A stretch of 64,000 nt of DNA from NCBI GenBank assembly GCA_977030845.1, contig OZ365114.1, forward strand, positions 18,724,001 to 18,788,000, written 5' to 3'. Of the stretch, positions 26,588-41,500 are shown piece by piece. Numbering within the stretch: the stretch's first letter is position 1; each line of letters opens with the position of its first letter. The notes below the pieces were generated by a model. That model saw only the letters and a list, made by a program, of their open reading frames with translations. It did not search any database and was not told the origin of the DNA. A program made the position numbers and the translations under genes. Source of the DNA: Fimbriosthenelais zetlandica. Taxonomy: Eukaryota.

Positions 26588-29500
26588 CTGAAAAAAGAGA
26601 TATCATTTTCAATAGAATACCTATTTATGTGTTTCCCAGATGTAATGCAAACGTTTATTACACATATTTCCTCAGTCTCATTTGGAGCATTTGCGTAATT
26701 TGAGCCATTCAGTAAAACATCACCCAGCTTGCATTTCAATGCAATGCGTCTGCAGTGTCAAAACAAACCACATGATGAGGTAATGACATGAGGGAAAGAT
26801 CGAATATTGACAATGTAATAGAGGCTTCAGGATCATGGTGGACTGAAATTAGACCCACTGGATACTGGAAAATAGGTCACAGAATTAGAATCATGCACAG
26901 AGTTTGACTTGACATTGCCCATTGAAGCCCTACTGTTCTGATGCAGATTTATAGTTGCTGTTGGTCTATATAACTAATATCAATCCAAACTAACCTGAAT
27001 TGCCATGTCTCGACCCGTTAATAGTCGTCATACCAATGAATAATATATTATGTATGCACAAATTTGTTCATGTTCAATGGAAAGGAAATGTCTTCCATTT
27101 GAATACCAGACGCTATTCAACAGGTTTCCAAGTCTTTCAAAGGGGTTTTTCATGGCCCATGAGAATCATCTGTACATTTCTATGGAATATATTATTCACC
27201 ATGGATCCACAGAGCTGCAATACTTGAATCCCATGCAGTTGTTTTTTGTCATATCTTGGACTGAGACCAGACCAGGCTGGCATAGCTGTCAAGATGGACA
27301 GTGGGTCTGAGCAGAGCTCTACATCCAGCATTCTCTGCTAGAATTTCCCCGATGAGTATTTACCATGGTGTCTCCCTTGACAGCAGGATGGGAAGGCTTA
27401 ATCTCTTAGCTTTGATAAGGTTCCCCCTAGCTGTCAGCAGGAAAACTATCACATGACAAGGCCCACAGTGAGGGCTGCAGGATGGGCCCTGGACTAAGTG
27501 AAAAGGGCACTGATGGGGGTTTTGTGTGCAGAACATAACCTAACATTGGTTCTCATAGTGAGTGGTCCTGCGGAATGCCTCTGGTACATATGATTGAAAG
27601 TTACACACTATGACAGAAGCTAGTTCAGAGGACAGCTCTTAATCTGACGAATGGCCTCAGGTTTCAACTGAACGCTGTGTTATTTGTAGAAGCAATTTCT
27701 ACTGTACAAGAAAGGAATAGCAGTATTTTGGTTTGGCCCCAAGTCATAACTATTGGAGGGAAATGGCAAATATCATTCATCGATAAAATCGAACCAAATG
27801 GCATTGATGATTATACTATTTTATACGAACATTTCACAGTAGTATAACAATACTTACCGGTGGTCCTATAGTAGTCATAGACACGGACATGGGCGGCCTG
27901 AACATTTCCAACTTCATCATGTTGTCTAACATTCATTGATATGCAATCATGGTGTCGCGTAAGCTTAAATAAATAGGATAGAAAATCATATAGGATTCTG
28001 CAGAGCAAAACTTGTGAAAAAAAACGGCCGAGTAATTAAGACGTTGAAATCGATGGTAGACTAATTAAGAATAGGCCAACCTGCCTTCATGCTGCCAGTG
28101 CATGCACATCCAAAGGAATTGATTTATTAAATTGATTTTCATCATAACAATATCCCTATCGATAGAAGCCATCAACTTACTGTGTTAAAATATAAATGAA
28201 CTGTGCTTGTTTCAAGTTTATAGCTGGTTTCGGCGACAGTTGAATTGGGGTCGCCCTTCAGCTGGAAAATAGAAGGAAGCAAATCAGTTTAAAAAACCCA
28301 AAACATATTGTTGGGTATGAGATTTTTTTGTCCGGTGAGGAGATTTGGAATGTAGACTTCCATGGCCTACTAAAAGTGGTTGGGCATCATTCAATACTTT
28401 TATTTGAGACTTTGCAGAGCAAGAAGTGTTAGGATGACACACAAGGAAAGCAAGAAAGTTCCTCAACAGAAAATATAAATTTTGTGGCTAAGCTATCAAA
28501 TAGAGAATGGGAGCTCTTGAAAGCCTCTTTGAGGCATGAAAAGAGAGTATGACCAAAGAATATATTAGATAGTCTATGGGGGTGTTGCTTGTGTCCAAAG
28601 TAACCATGGAAACCATCAGTTGGGGTGCACACCGATGAATATTATCAGGGGTAGTGTCCACTTGGGAATATCTCTGGACAAACATGTCCAACATCAGCAA
28701 ACAGGAGTGTAAATATGACCATAATATAGTATCCCATTCATCACATGGGATTGAAATCTTGACAATGGCCTGGCTATAAGGCAAGTGGTAGGAAGGGGAT
28801 ATCATCAGTTTTCAGACCATCCATTCTTGGGATTCTAGAATGAGGAAGAAGGATGGCCTGACAATACTGTTGCGAGTTGCTTAACTCACCACCCAGCCTG
28901 TTTCCTCCTATGCTTTATGTTATAATGTTGCGCTGTCGCAAACACGGCCACACTTCATGCATCTTTTTTCATATTATGTTATGGCTCGAAATATACGATC
29001 TCCCCCACATTATCTTTACCGCTCAGTATAATCTTAATAAACTGTGAAGATTGCGGTCATAATATACAATAAACCACTACATTTATCTGGTCTGAAAATG
29101 AATTCCGTGAAATGTCAGCGACGATAATGAACATCTTATGATGTATGGAGAGAAGATTAGGAGGGCCACTGTTCTGTTAAAGTCAAGGCAACTGTTGCGG
29201 TGTAGGTCTGTGGTCGTGGCGCATGTAAGCAGCTTCTCAGGGTCTCAACTTCTGATAGAGCCACAAGACAATCCATCAACATCAAGGCTCAGCCCCCAGC
29301 CTGTTTCACAAAACATGTGAGGATTCTAACACCAGGAAAGACAACCTTCCTTCCTGTCTTAAAAACACTAGCAGTCTTCATGGTGCAATATTTTACAGTG
29401 ACGGGCAGTTACGTTACATATATGAGGATAGTGGTTAAACTATGTTGGTATGCAACATGTTGGTCAGGGAATATGGGTTATAGTCCTTATAGCCCCGTCC

Positions 29501-32500
29501 ATTATTCTTAATTGAAGTGATCTGGGCACATTGCCAGGTGACTGGATCTCAGTTGGCTTTAGTGTGAATAGCGGCAATCCTTTTGGGTCACCTCACGCAA
29601 CACAGTGGTTGCGGCATAAGATCTCTAAGACTTTGTCGTTTTTGCTATGTTTCTTTCTTAGAAATGTGATTCAAAGCAGCCTATTAAATTCGTTTAAAGT
29701 GGATACTTTATTCCAGATACTCCATAGCATTGACTGGTTGCCTAAAGTGGACTCTCCCCTGTTGGTCATAGAATGGAATAATTCTTGGTGTCATTTTTAT
29801 CCTCTGTGAGAGCAATGCTTTCAATGAAACGCTTGCCCGTTGAAGCAGTAGATGAAAAACTGAGCCTGACTGGGGGACTATTGTCAGGCTTTGGTGGTCT
29901 TGTGCAAAGTAAGTTCCCAGGCTTATTGCCCGGCCTATCTCCCTTGATATATGAACCTGGCTGTCCCTCATTTGCCTGAGCGCTTCCAGTCGAATTGGGT
30001 TGGCAGTGGATGAGCCTCTACTACACTAGACACCGAAGCAGAGGGACACTATCCAGGACTGTACATTCTGCCCCAGTGCAAATACAAACTGACAAGAGTA
30101 GCTAGATTTCAAATGACATTGTAAAAATGAGGAGTGTAGAAAAAGGAAATTTCTTGGAATGATTGCCCTAGACACACTTCTGGGAGGGGGTGGGGATACC
30201 ACTGATTTATGCATGAAATAATGTTGAATACGTAATCATGAATCATGCCATTTATGTTATTCAAAGCTGGGCTTGTCTCAGGAATATTGATTCAGGCTGA
30301 TCTACTTCGGTATGATATGATATGGTGTCATGAAACATTAAACTTTACTGAAGTAGATGTTCTCTTAAGTAGAAACTCTCCTTTTGCCATATTTCAGCAT
30401 CAGCTCTATAATATAGATATTCTGGTCGGAAGAAACATAATCCCTTGGAAACGATAAACTTGTGCCTTGATTATGATTGCTATAATATCTTACCACTCTG
30501 GGCTTGTGTATAAGTATGTATATTACTTTTTCTTGCTATAAAACTCACCCTTGCCAGTTCATTTTCCTCGGGATGCCAGCCTGTGACCATCTTAATATCA
30601 ACGACGGCCATGTTAGAGTCTCCTCCTGGCCCGGTATACCTTTAAATATAGAAGAATGAATTAGTAAACCTGATGTTAGTACATAATTGTACTACATTAT
30701 CTTCACACTCATGGCCATTCCACAACACCCAAGTGGCTGGGCGTTCCTTTGAACACCCAAAGCTATGTGGAAAGTGTAAGTGAGTATCCCTTTCATCGAT
30801 ATACTGCGGGCGGTCCCCCTAACCACATTTCAAGCTTTCTTATTTAGGCCCCTTTTCAATCGATCCCTTGTGCTCTGTTACACAGGCGACAGGCACCATT
30901 TATAAAAGACACCGCCAGAGCAAGCATGAATAAATCATAAGTTTCCTCTCACTGGCTTACCTTGCACATATCTCCAACCTGCGCACCCAGCAGAGATGCC
31001 TGGGACAGTCACTGCGTGTACTGGAGGCTGACGGATGAGGTACGCTTTGTACAGCCACATCCAGTGAGAAGTACGTCTGAGGCTTGACAACCACGGGCAC
31101 ATTGTAACGAGATACACCCTGAAAATACCACATAGTTTATAATACTACAGTTTCATTAATTGAGCAAGGTCAATGGAATATTCCAAAGTTGTCCTCCCTA
31201 TTTGGATATCGAGACCCTGTAAAATATGTGAAGGAAATGGAGTATTATTTAAATGTGATTGAGTGTAGAGGATGTCAAGAGTTTCTCCTTAACATACCTT
31301 ACATCTTAACCACCATTAATGGTATATTTTCATACATGCTTCTGTTCTCTGTTCCTCACTATTCTCCCCTGTTGATAGTGAACAATGAAAGCGGACCCTC
31401 GAGTCTAATAAAGAGCACTGAGGGAGCCTATAGATGGAAGGGACAACAATATGGTGGGAGAAGCATATATCTTCCTAGTTTTTCTCTCAGCAGAATAAGG
31501 AAAAAGGGCTCTACTTGGCCGCCGAGGGGGAATGCCTAGGGGAGACATATATAAACATTTATCTTGAATCCCATAGTGGTTGTGATTATTTTTACAAATG
31601 CTGTTCTCAAAAAGACGGGTATTGGTCCCTAGGGTCTAAGCATTCAACGATTGGTTGTGTCTGAAATTGGATTGAATGCAAAGAATTGGCAGAGGGATAC
31701 TGAGAAATAGTCGAGATAGATGTTGTTTTAATCTGGACAAGCTTTCTCACTGTCCAAATTTCACACTTTTTGTAGGTACTTGATGAAACATAGACCCCAA
31801 TGAGGTTTTATTAGAAAGGCATTTGCCCTTTTTTGCTGAACGAACAAATATAGCAGACATACAGTGTTTTGCAACAAATAAGCAACTTGGCATTGTATGT
31901 ATATGACGATGGCAAGGATAATATTGCCTTGGTGCCGGCCAAGCTGGACTGACCTTTAGCTAAGATGGCTTAAGGCGAAATCAAATATAACAAAATGCTA
32001 CCCAAGTAGGACAAGGCCTGGTGGAATGGCCATGTAATTGCCAACACAGCATCTTTCTGGCTCCAATTGATTTCTTTATGAAACGATACTTGTTATCAAA
32101 TTTTGAGTGAGCGTGTGTGAAGATTATTGCAATGCTCAAGTTACCATCATATTTTCTTCATCCAAATGCCAGAAAAAAAATCACTTGATGTTTTATGGAC
32201 AATGAATTGAAAACCCGCAAGATTTTCCTGTGGACAACGTGCGGCCTAGTTTCAGCTCACTCTTGACCAGCAGCAATCTGTTAGAATCCATTAAGACCTG
32301 TGATGGCTTCTGACACTTTGTCCAAAATACATTATGCTCAGTGTACATGAGCTGCTTCCAAATAATGTCCAGGCTTTGCTATAGGTATATGGGTCTACAA
32401 GGTAAACGTTGCATAATAATAGGCTTTCTGCAGAAACTAATGCATATTAAAGAAACACCTGACAGATGGGAAGATGAAGAATTATTAATACATGCACATG

Positions 32501-35500
32501 TATTTTACATGGACATTGACCCTCTGGTTCCTTTTTTAAAAACATTTACGCAGATATAATTTGATTACAATCTTACCTGTATCAAAGCACATCCCGTGCC
32601 TGTAATGACAAAGCGCATGTCAGCTGGAAGTACATTAATCCTTCTCCTCTGTGCCAGAAGTCTGTTCTTTGACGTTATTGTCAGTTGGCCATTTCCATCA
32701 ATTTCCGAGCCATCAATAGTCACCACAATATTTGTCTCGTGTTTATAAGTACGAGCAGCATACTTGGCCAAAGACTCTACTGCAACTACCGTATCCTGAA
32801 AAAAAATAATTCTGACTACAGTGACAAAAGGCTCAGTGGTTCTTTAAAAGAGATCTAAACATCTAAACAAAATACCTGAACTGGTATATACATCAACTGG
32901 CATATATTTGTAATGGAAATGACATGCAAATATATACAGGCAATTGAATACTTGGCCAGATAAATCCTATAGCTGTTGGTATGCAAGATAAAAGGTCCCC
33001 TTATCTGTAGGTCATTATGGCGTATTTGTGTGAACCTTGTTGTAGTTGTATGCGGTTTTGTTAATAGCCGACATTTTGAATTTGTACAATTACAGTTTCA
33101 GTGAGTAGATGGTTTGTTTATCAACCGATTGATACTTGGTGGATTATAGATTCATGGTTTGAGCTTTATTGGAAGGAATGGTGGAACCATTTTGAGCAGG
33201 CTGATTGGATCCATTCAGTAACCAATGTACCCATTCAAAGGCCTACTCATTTGCATGTCCCGGGAGAGGGGTTCAACATGAGAAGGTGTTCTGGGAAAAA
33301 GGAGAGGTAGGCCTTCTAGATGAGATGTAGTGAACAGGGTACTGATATAAAGTGGGTCACATTCCCTTAACACACCCAACACACCCTCCACACTTTGTTA
33401 ATCATGGAAAAAAGCTCACAGATGGAGACCAGGCAAAGAAGGTTCAAACAATTTGGACCGGACACTGATTGTAAAATTTAGGTTATAGATCTGAATAAAA
33501 AGCCTTGAAATAAATGTTAAACTAGAAAGAAGCTTGTAGATAGGGTTAAATATTAAGCTACACCAGGCCCCGGAAGGAACCAATTAAGTGCGAGGGCGAA
33601 CATTTACTACAACACCCACACTCTACAGGAAGCGGAAGTGACAAGCCTTGCCCTAGCCAGGACTTTTGACCCCCTTGTAAATAATGAGGTTATACAGAAG
33701 TACACATTTATGTGAGAGCTCCATCAACTGTACATCCTAGAAAGGACATTTTGAACTCCAGAGGAATATTAGTAGGCTTAAAATCTATTAGTTCCCAGCT
33801 TTTCAAATAAATCAATACAATTTCGATATCATACTTTAGAAAGACGGTCTGTGAAATCTAAATGGATATAGCTTTTTATTCCAATGAGAAATAGGCCTAC
33901 ATATTAGTGTGCCAGAGTTTTTATCTGAGATTTATATACTAAGGATATGAATTGCTTTGCTTGAACCAAATTGTTGACGATATCATATTTATATGAGAAT
34001 CAACTAAGCACGATGGTCTCTATAAGAAAGCAGATTTTTTCTCTCCCCATAAGAGGATCATTCAATTCCTGTGATTGCACTCATTGGTTTATATAGCAAA
34101 ATCGCAGCCATATCTGATGCGATCGACAAGGGGAGAGATCAGGACTAAAGAGATTAGGACTTTGCAAGGGCCAGTGAATGTACCATAATTAAATCATTCC
34201 AGGACTCTCACTGAACATTAGCTGAATTGGCTCTGGGCCCGAGAAGGGGAACAAGATTATTGGGGTAGAGATCTTTGTTTATAACATTATAGACACACTG
34301 TCCCTGGGAGCATTTTTGGTACAGACCCTGCTAATCTCGCCTTGTCTAAAAATACATTCATAATGTACAACCAAGTGCTTACCCTCCCGTACTATACCCA
34401 CAACTATTAAGCAAGGAAATTCACAATGAATGAGCAAAGAGATAATTCTCGAATATATTCTAAATACCAAAAAAAGAAATATAGCAGTTAAGTTGTCAAT
34501 GTACCTACTAATTCTATGTAATGCGTTTTATGTTGCCACTCGTTGAACAAATGATATACACAAATTTGGTTAAAGAAAGAAAATTAATATTTAGACTTGG
34601 ATGAAGACTCTAAAGAGCTCAGCCATGATCCGGGCCACCCATGCTGTGAGGCAGTACAAAGCTTCTTTCTATATCTTTCCACTTGAGACCCAGTGTCCGA
34701 TTATTCATATTAATTGACTATTCCTACTCACTGATTGCATACTGCATTCATCCTTAATTGTCTCCTTATTAGATTTCTGAAAATTTCACGATGCAATACT
34801 AAATTGTTAAGTGATATGAGAATGTCGTAATGCAGTGGGGGTCATGCAGTTTTGGGGTTTAGCTTTTAATTCTTTACCATATCCACACAATTTTCGGTCA
34901 TGCTTTTTACTGATAAATTTGCGTGGAAAGAGCGCATTTTTTTCCGAATGGTAAGTACCATTTCAGGAGACCAGGAGTAGGTCTAGAGTTGAATTGTTTA
35001 GACTAGAGAAGGAGTGAATAGTGAAGTCAGGGAGGTAGAGGCAGGTGAATTTTTGTTTCAATGCCGTCATGCAGAAAGACTGAATGTTGGTGAAAGTGAT
35101 GAAAGAATAAATTAGCCTCATTGAGGAATCTCTCCGGTACATTCAGCTTTTTGAGACATGCAGCCAAAATAAAATGCTTGAATGGTGATTCATCGCAAGG
35201 GATTAGTAAGTAGCTGAGGGTAGGTAGGATTCTAGGTAGGTAGGTTCAACATGTGGTGGACTGGTTCTATTGAGAATGGTATGGGATGCTTTCAAGCCAC
35301 ATAGCGATGCATCTATCAAGCTAAACAGTTTGTAAAAAATTAAACTATTTTGGTGGAGAATTTAGATGAAGCACAAGAAAAATACGTGTTGAAATCAATC
35401 AATAATAACCTGTGTGGATGCGAATCCGCCCTCCGCATTCCGCTGTGATGTCAGCCATCTAACTATTGGCGCACCACTTTCAAGGTCATCTTGAGTTCCT

Positions 35501-38500
35501 GAGGCAAGCAATGCCAGGAGTACGTAGGCTGTGACTTCAATGTCAACAGGGTCAGCAAGTCCTTCCGGAGTTTCAGGTGTTGGGGCAACCTTCCAGTAGA
35601 GCAAGCCACCTGCAGATATACAATATATATTCCATTTGAATTCACATAAACAGTGAAAGTACCAATACACATATGTTTAAATTCTACACTCAAAGAAGCA
35701 TCACATGGATTAACTGCCCAGTGCTGCTAACTGGGTCATTGAAGGCCTGCCATGTCCGCCATGGTCTATTATGAGTGGCATGTAAAAGAACCATTGCTAC
35801 CAATCAATAAACACAGGCCATAGGACTGACAATGTATTTTTGTTCTCCTTGCGATAAGAAAATGGGAGTTACTGTGACGTTAAACTCCGATCAATCAAAA
35901 AAAAATCAAGGATAAAATCAGTCTAAGAAGCTTTTTTTCTATGCTCTTGCCTCTGACCTGAATACAATTCTTTACCGAGTTCACCCTTTTCGGATATCTG
36001 GCCTTGCATGCAATTACAGCCAAACTTACAGCATCTCTTAGACATAAAATTTGTGTGGTAAGGAGTCTAGGACAGTTGCAAAGAGAAGGAGTGACGAGGT
36101 CTATAGAGAGAGAAAAGGCTGGTAAGTTAATGATATTACCTCTCCTCGTCGCCCTCTCAAACAGTCGCTCCAGACATTCTTCTCTCTTGTGATTGCCTGG
36201 CTCGTACACACTGTAGGCATAGGCCATCATAGACAAGGAGTAGAGGTCTGAGGGCATTTGTCTGTCCAGACACTTCACTAGTCGCATCAATACGGGACTC
36301 TGCAAAAAGAAAACATATATTATGCTTCATCAGTGAAAAATAGTTTGTATGAACTTTCAACGTCCATGAAAGGTATTATGAGGATGTATGTACCTTGACA
36401 ACATTATTATGCTATAAAACATTATTTTGTCAGTGTTTGAATACGACAATGAAGATTTATTCCTACCGAAAATGCTGACAGGATTGTATGGTCTTTTTTT
36501 CGAAAGTAAAAATGCTATAACACTATAGAAATCACTCAATTTTATCTCGACAATTTTGAGATGGACATTGGGTGTCTCATGTTGATGTAACTCATCTGGC
36601 TGCATGCAAAAGGGCATTCTTTAAATTGAGTGAAGCATTGAAAAAATGCCTTTCCAAGTTACATGATACTCTGACTTGACTTACAAATCGTGAGAGGCCA
36701 GCGTCCAATAGAGCAGCCATGATGTAAGCTGAGAGGCCAGCAGGGGAACTGTGAGTTTGATTCAGGCCACCTAGGATGAGTTTATTATGGACCATTCCTG
36801 TTGGTAGGAAGCAACCTGAATCCTGCTGATGACTTTGGAGCAAATATATTGAACCCTGGAAATAATGAAGAAAAAAAGAATCAGAATGCAAATTAAGAAT
36901 ACGTCTCTGGCATTGTCCTGACATAATATTGTATGAATAGTATTATTTAAGAAATTTGCTGGTAAACACATCAATTAATAGAATGAATAACACTACCTGA
37001 AATGCATCTTCTTCAACAAAGGTATGAGCACGGGCATGTGCAAAGGTCCTAATGGCGAAGGCTGTCAGCCACAGACTACCCTGGGGATCCCTCCGGCCAA
37101 ATGGGCTGTAGGAGCCATCCCTACGCCTGAACTTCAAGACCTTTTGGTACCCTGAGGTGGGGAGATAAGCACAACCAATGAATTCAGAGCCTCGTCCATA
37201 GCCATGATCGGACGATGAAATGTATACCTCATTCCAGGCTTACTTAGAGCCAATGTGGTCCTGGTATAGGGGCTGAGTCATAAAGTAGGTGTTTAATGGC
37301 CTCTATTTCCTTTACTTCAAAATAAAGGGTTTTCTCTATTTATGAAGAGGTCCATATTTAATATCCACTTATATAACTTATAGCTAATTTGATGAGTATA
37401 CTGCTCAGACATAGAAGGTGGGCAGGAGCAGATCCGGCAATTTGAAAAGGAAGGTTCGAATTTTAGTTGGGTTGGGAGCAATGGGTTTGGGGTTCAAACT
37501 GTCCCACCGACTTTGTTTGGCCATATTTTTGCCAGATCTTTTATTTCTTCCTTTTTTTCCCCCAATAAACCCCCCTGGATCCACCCCTGGCGGGTTTTCA
37601 TCTCAGAAATAGAACCTGAAACCTTACCTTCTGCAATGTATTGCTTTCCCCTTTTTTCTCGTTTCTCCGTCATTTGGCCCGTGCCAACAAGATAAGACAT
37701 AACGTGAATATTGGTGGCTAATTTAGCCAAATTCTGTTCACCACAACCAGTAGGATGTTTCAAAAGTTTATGAACCTTCTCTACGGTTGGTCCCATGACA
37801 TCAGCTAGAAGTACATGAAACAGCATAAACATATATCAATATTATCGAATAATTTATTTTCTGTAGAGAACAGAAGATATTACTTTTTATGCTGGAAATT
37901 TCAAAGTGAAGCAGAATGCCAATTCTAAGATACGCTACTGCAGGGTTTCCCCTCGGTTGCCATTGATCCTATGAGCAACATTGAGCAGATCTGCCACCTT
38001 ATGAGAGCTGGTTAAAACAGAAGTTCAGTCATGATGCCAAATGCCAGGATGTCACAGTAGAGGGCTCTGCAGTTGGCTTGGCATGGAGGAATCGTGGATC
38101 CCTCAGACTTGTGAGTGTATTCCAGCCTGATCTTGTGAACTTCAAGCATGACTGCACACATTCACTCTCACGTGGCATTTCCGCCATTGTGACATGACAA
38201 TAACTAGAGGAGCACTCACCTGTAACTGTGATGTAAGCCTCCTGAGAGTCATCCACAACATGTTCTGGGATCGTGAAATTCATATAGATCAGTTGCTCAT
38301 CTTCAAATCCTGGACAGATAAAAAACATACACATTTATGCAAAATATCTATCCAATAATTGTACCTAATCATTCAGTCTGATTGGACTATACTTTGAGCT
38401 CAAGCTGATCAAGTTATGCCAATAAATATGATGGAAATGATCAACTGTATCGTAAGGTACACTCACCATTCACACAAGCTATTGTAGTCTGGGTTTTCTC

Positions 38501-41500
38501 TTCCTCAATTCCTTCGGGCTATAAATGATTTTGATAAATGATGATTAATATTTACTTCTCATACCCTCTGACGAGTACAAATGTCCGTACGTGTAGAATG
38601 CCATTAACTCCTGACTAACCTCCATCTTTGATTTATCTCACATTTTCTTGGTTAACTTAAACAAATGTTATCAGGCACGAAATCGGTGCATTGTTAGGGG
38701 TATTGATCAATTACTCACCAGCACAGTGAGAGGCTTTGTGAGGGTGTCCATCGCTACCACTTTACCATCCGTCCATTCACACACATCCCGACCCTCGACT
38801 GCTTCAGCCTGAGGGGTGACATGTATAAAACATCTTAATGATGGTCTTTTGAAATACCTTTAAAAAGTTACTTGATGAATATGAATTATTCAGCAAGATG
38901 ACTTACCGAGAAAGTGACATTTATTTGACCAACATCGAGAGGAGCTATCTTGTAGGGCAAACCAACTGTATTTTGCTCACACATGCATATAACTTCCTCT
39001 ATCCCACCCTCTTCTAGTGCTAATGAATCGGAGAGATCCAGACGAAGGGCAAGCTGTAAAGTGAAAAGAATGAAAGCATTAAGCCACAGAAACTCCACAT
39101 ACCGAGCCATGTTATAAATGTCAGCCCTGGTTCATAGCTTCAAGAGAACTGGTTTTATGGATATATACAATGTCCCCTTTCTCTAATTTCAATTTCTATG
39201 AACAGTCATCATCCGAACATCATCTTTCACAGAGCTTCTTTGTACTTAACAAGTATTACCTCAAAGCACTCATCCAAGTAGCTGTTGATGGTGACTTGTA
39301 GCGGGATAACCTCGTCCCTTATCACAGTCGCTGGGAGTGTGAATGAGATGAAGAAAGGTTGGAAAGCTTTAACCACTGTAGTTGGTGCAACACCCAGACC
39401 AGAAGTGGCATGGAGACAGAAAGCATTTCCCGCCCATTCGGTGATAGTATGAGGCAACGTATGTACGGACGATGATGAGGTTTGCCCAGGCCTTCAAAAC
39501 AAGGAAATATACATAATTTGTTTTTATTTTAAATAGATATTTTGGATACAACTATGAGCTCAGCTACATGATTATCAAATTAAAAAAGGAATAGAATCTA
39601 TATAAGAAAACTTTGAGACAGCATTGTCATATACTCACTCTAAGAGAACTGTGTCCCATAGCCAGGTCTCGGGGAAGTAGAACCTGTGCTTGAGTGTGGG
39701 TAGTCCAGGGTAGAGACTTCGTAGGTTGGGCAGAGTGTCCGATGGAGGCTCGATCCAGGGTGTGGTTGAGGGCGTCAGGATACTGTACTCTTTGTCTATG
39801 AAGCGCAAAGGCGAACGGAGTTTGTGGTGGGCTTTACCTCGAAGTCTGAACATTGAGCCGGTGACAGGCACTAGAAACATGCGGTACGCCAGGACATGAC
39901 AGCCAAACAGGCAAGGGCAACTGGTGGTCAGGCAGATGTGTCAGGCAACATAAGAAAGCAGGCATAGAAAGGTTGCAATGGCCACATATTATATATAATT
40001 TTTTCCTACTTCCAGAAGAAACTGAGAAGGTCTTCCTGGCTTCTTTTGACACATTCGCCACACATAGCGATAGAGAGGGGAGAGGAGGGCTGTGATTACT
40101 ATATTATGCTCCCGGGCTTATGCTACTGGGACATGAATAGAAGCTTTATATATTTCTGTCAGAAAGGACTGAGATGGAAAAGGGCATCGTGTTATCCATT
40201 GTTCTCACGTTGATTAAGAACTTTGCACACGAGAAGAAAAAAGCCTGTGAAGATTTAAATCCTAATATCATGAGGCTGTATATAAGTATACTACTGCAGG
40301 GTGTTGCCATATGTACAGGTCTAGCATTGATTGATTTGGTTCAAAATTAGGATGAAATGTTGAAGTTAGTCACCTCATAGATACAATGAGGTAGTTCATG
40401 AACATGGGTATATTGTTATCAATGATTGTTTGGGATTCCCTTTTTTAACATAATCTTAGTATATGGCTCATTTGTCATGGACAATAAGAGTGTTAAGATT
40501 TATATTTATTTTTTCGTCATTTATCTCTAATTTATATTTTTGAACATGCTTAATTTCTTGTGCGATGAACTGTTTTAAAGAGCATCATGCGGACAAATTA
40601 GGCCACGAATAAAGCAGAACATTAACGAGGACACAAGACACATATTGTCCAAACACAAACACAAGATTCACTCTAACCATTATAATTATTATCAAGTTTG
40701 TGTGAAAGTTATGCTAAGCGATGTGTATATGTTTTAATTGTATAACCCTTTAACCATAATTATTACTGTTTACGTTTCAATGGCGAAAAACTTTGAGCTA
40801 AGCAAGACTTAACCACCAGTACATACAGATATTTCCATCACCACTTAATTTAGTCTGAATTTGTTAGAGAAATAAACTTCTAAATTTTATTTTTTTTTTT
40901 TCAAAACACACCCAGCCCATGGGCTATTATTCCCAATAGCATGCTGTGCCCATACCTATTGTTTCCACAGGACTTGGGTCACAATCTGGACAGTACGAAG
41001 CTGGGTGGAATTGATTAGAAAGAAAATGTGGTCAATTCAAACTAAGGGGTCAGAGGAAGCGGTTAAAATTTGGTTCAACTTAAATCTGTCACAGCCGCAA
41101 AGACCCATAGCAGCTAGATGCCTGATGTATTTTCATTATGCAATTGGCTTTCACAGATAGGCTCATCTCAGTGCCTTTATATCTATCTACCTGAGCATAG
41201 TAAATGTTATTTGCCTTTTATAATTTGGTACGTCTTTGTGTAGATAATTAGAGAATAAAATCTTGCATGTTTTGAGATGCATTAAGGCAGCATGCTTTCA
41301 AGTTTTCTTGCATCAAGAAAACAGTCAGGTAAGAGATGAAAATGTTATTTATAAATAGCGGATGTGTCTAGACATAGCTAGAAATTTAAAAAGAAGCAGG
41401 CAATCTGAATCTTCCTTTCAAGCATCAGTACAATTCCTTTGAAAGCAAAAGCGATTCTTCGTTCAAGAAGGCAACTCAAAGAACTGTGCCTAATGCTGAT

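Noticed and set aside
30340-30405. Possible exon LMLKYGKRRVST*ENIYFSK as the V.LYFD segment
   Set aside because: It has an in-frame stop and a poor donor; the clean exon at 28181-28261 (VHLYFNT) fits.
37450-37510. ggttcgaat and ggttcaaac motifs resembling tRNA T-loops or a B box
   Set aside because: No cloverleaf or A box can be built; at most this is a decayed SINE.
40010-40089. Candidate alternative bait exon (ALLSPLYRYVWRMCQKKPGRPSQFLLE)
   Set aside because: It exits in phase 0, incompatible with exon 20 (phase 1) or exon 21 (phase 2).
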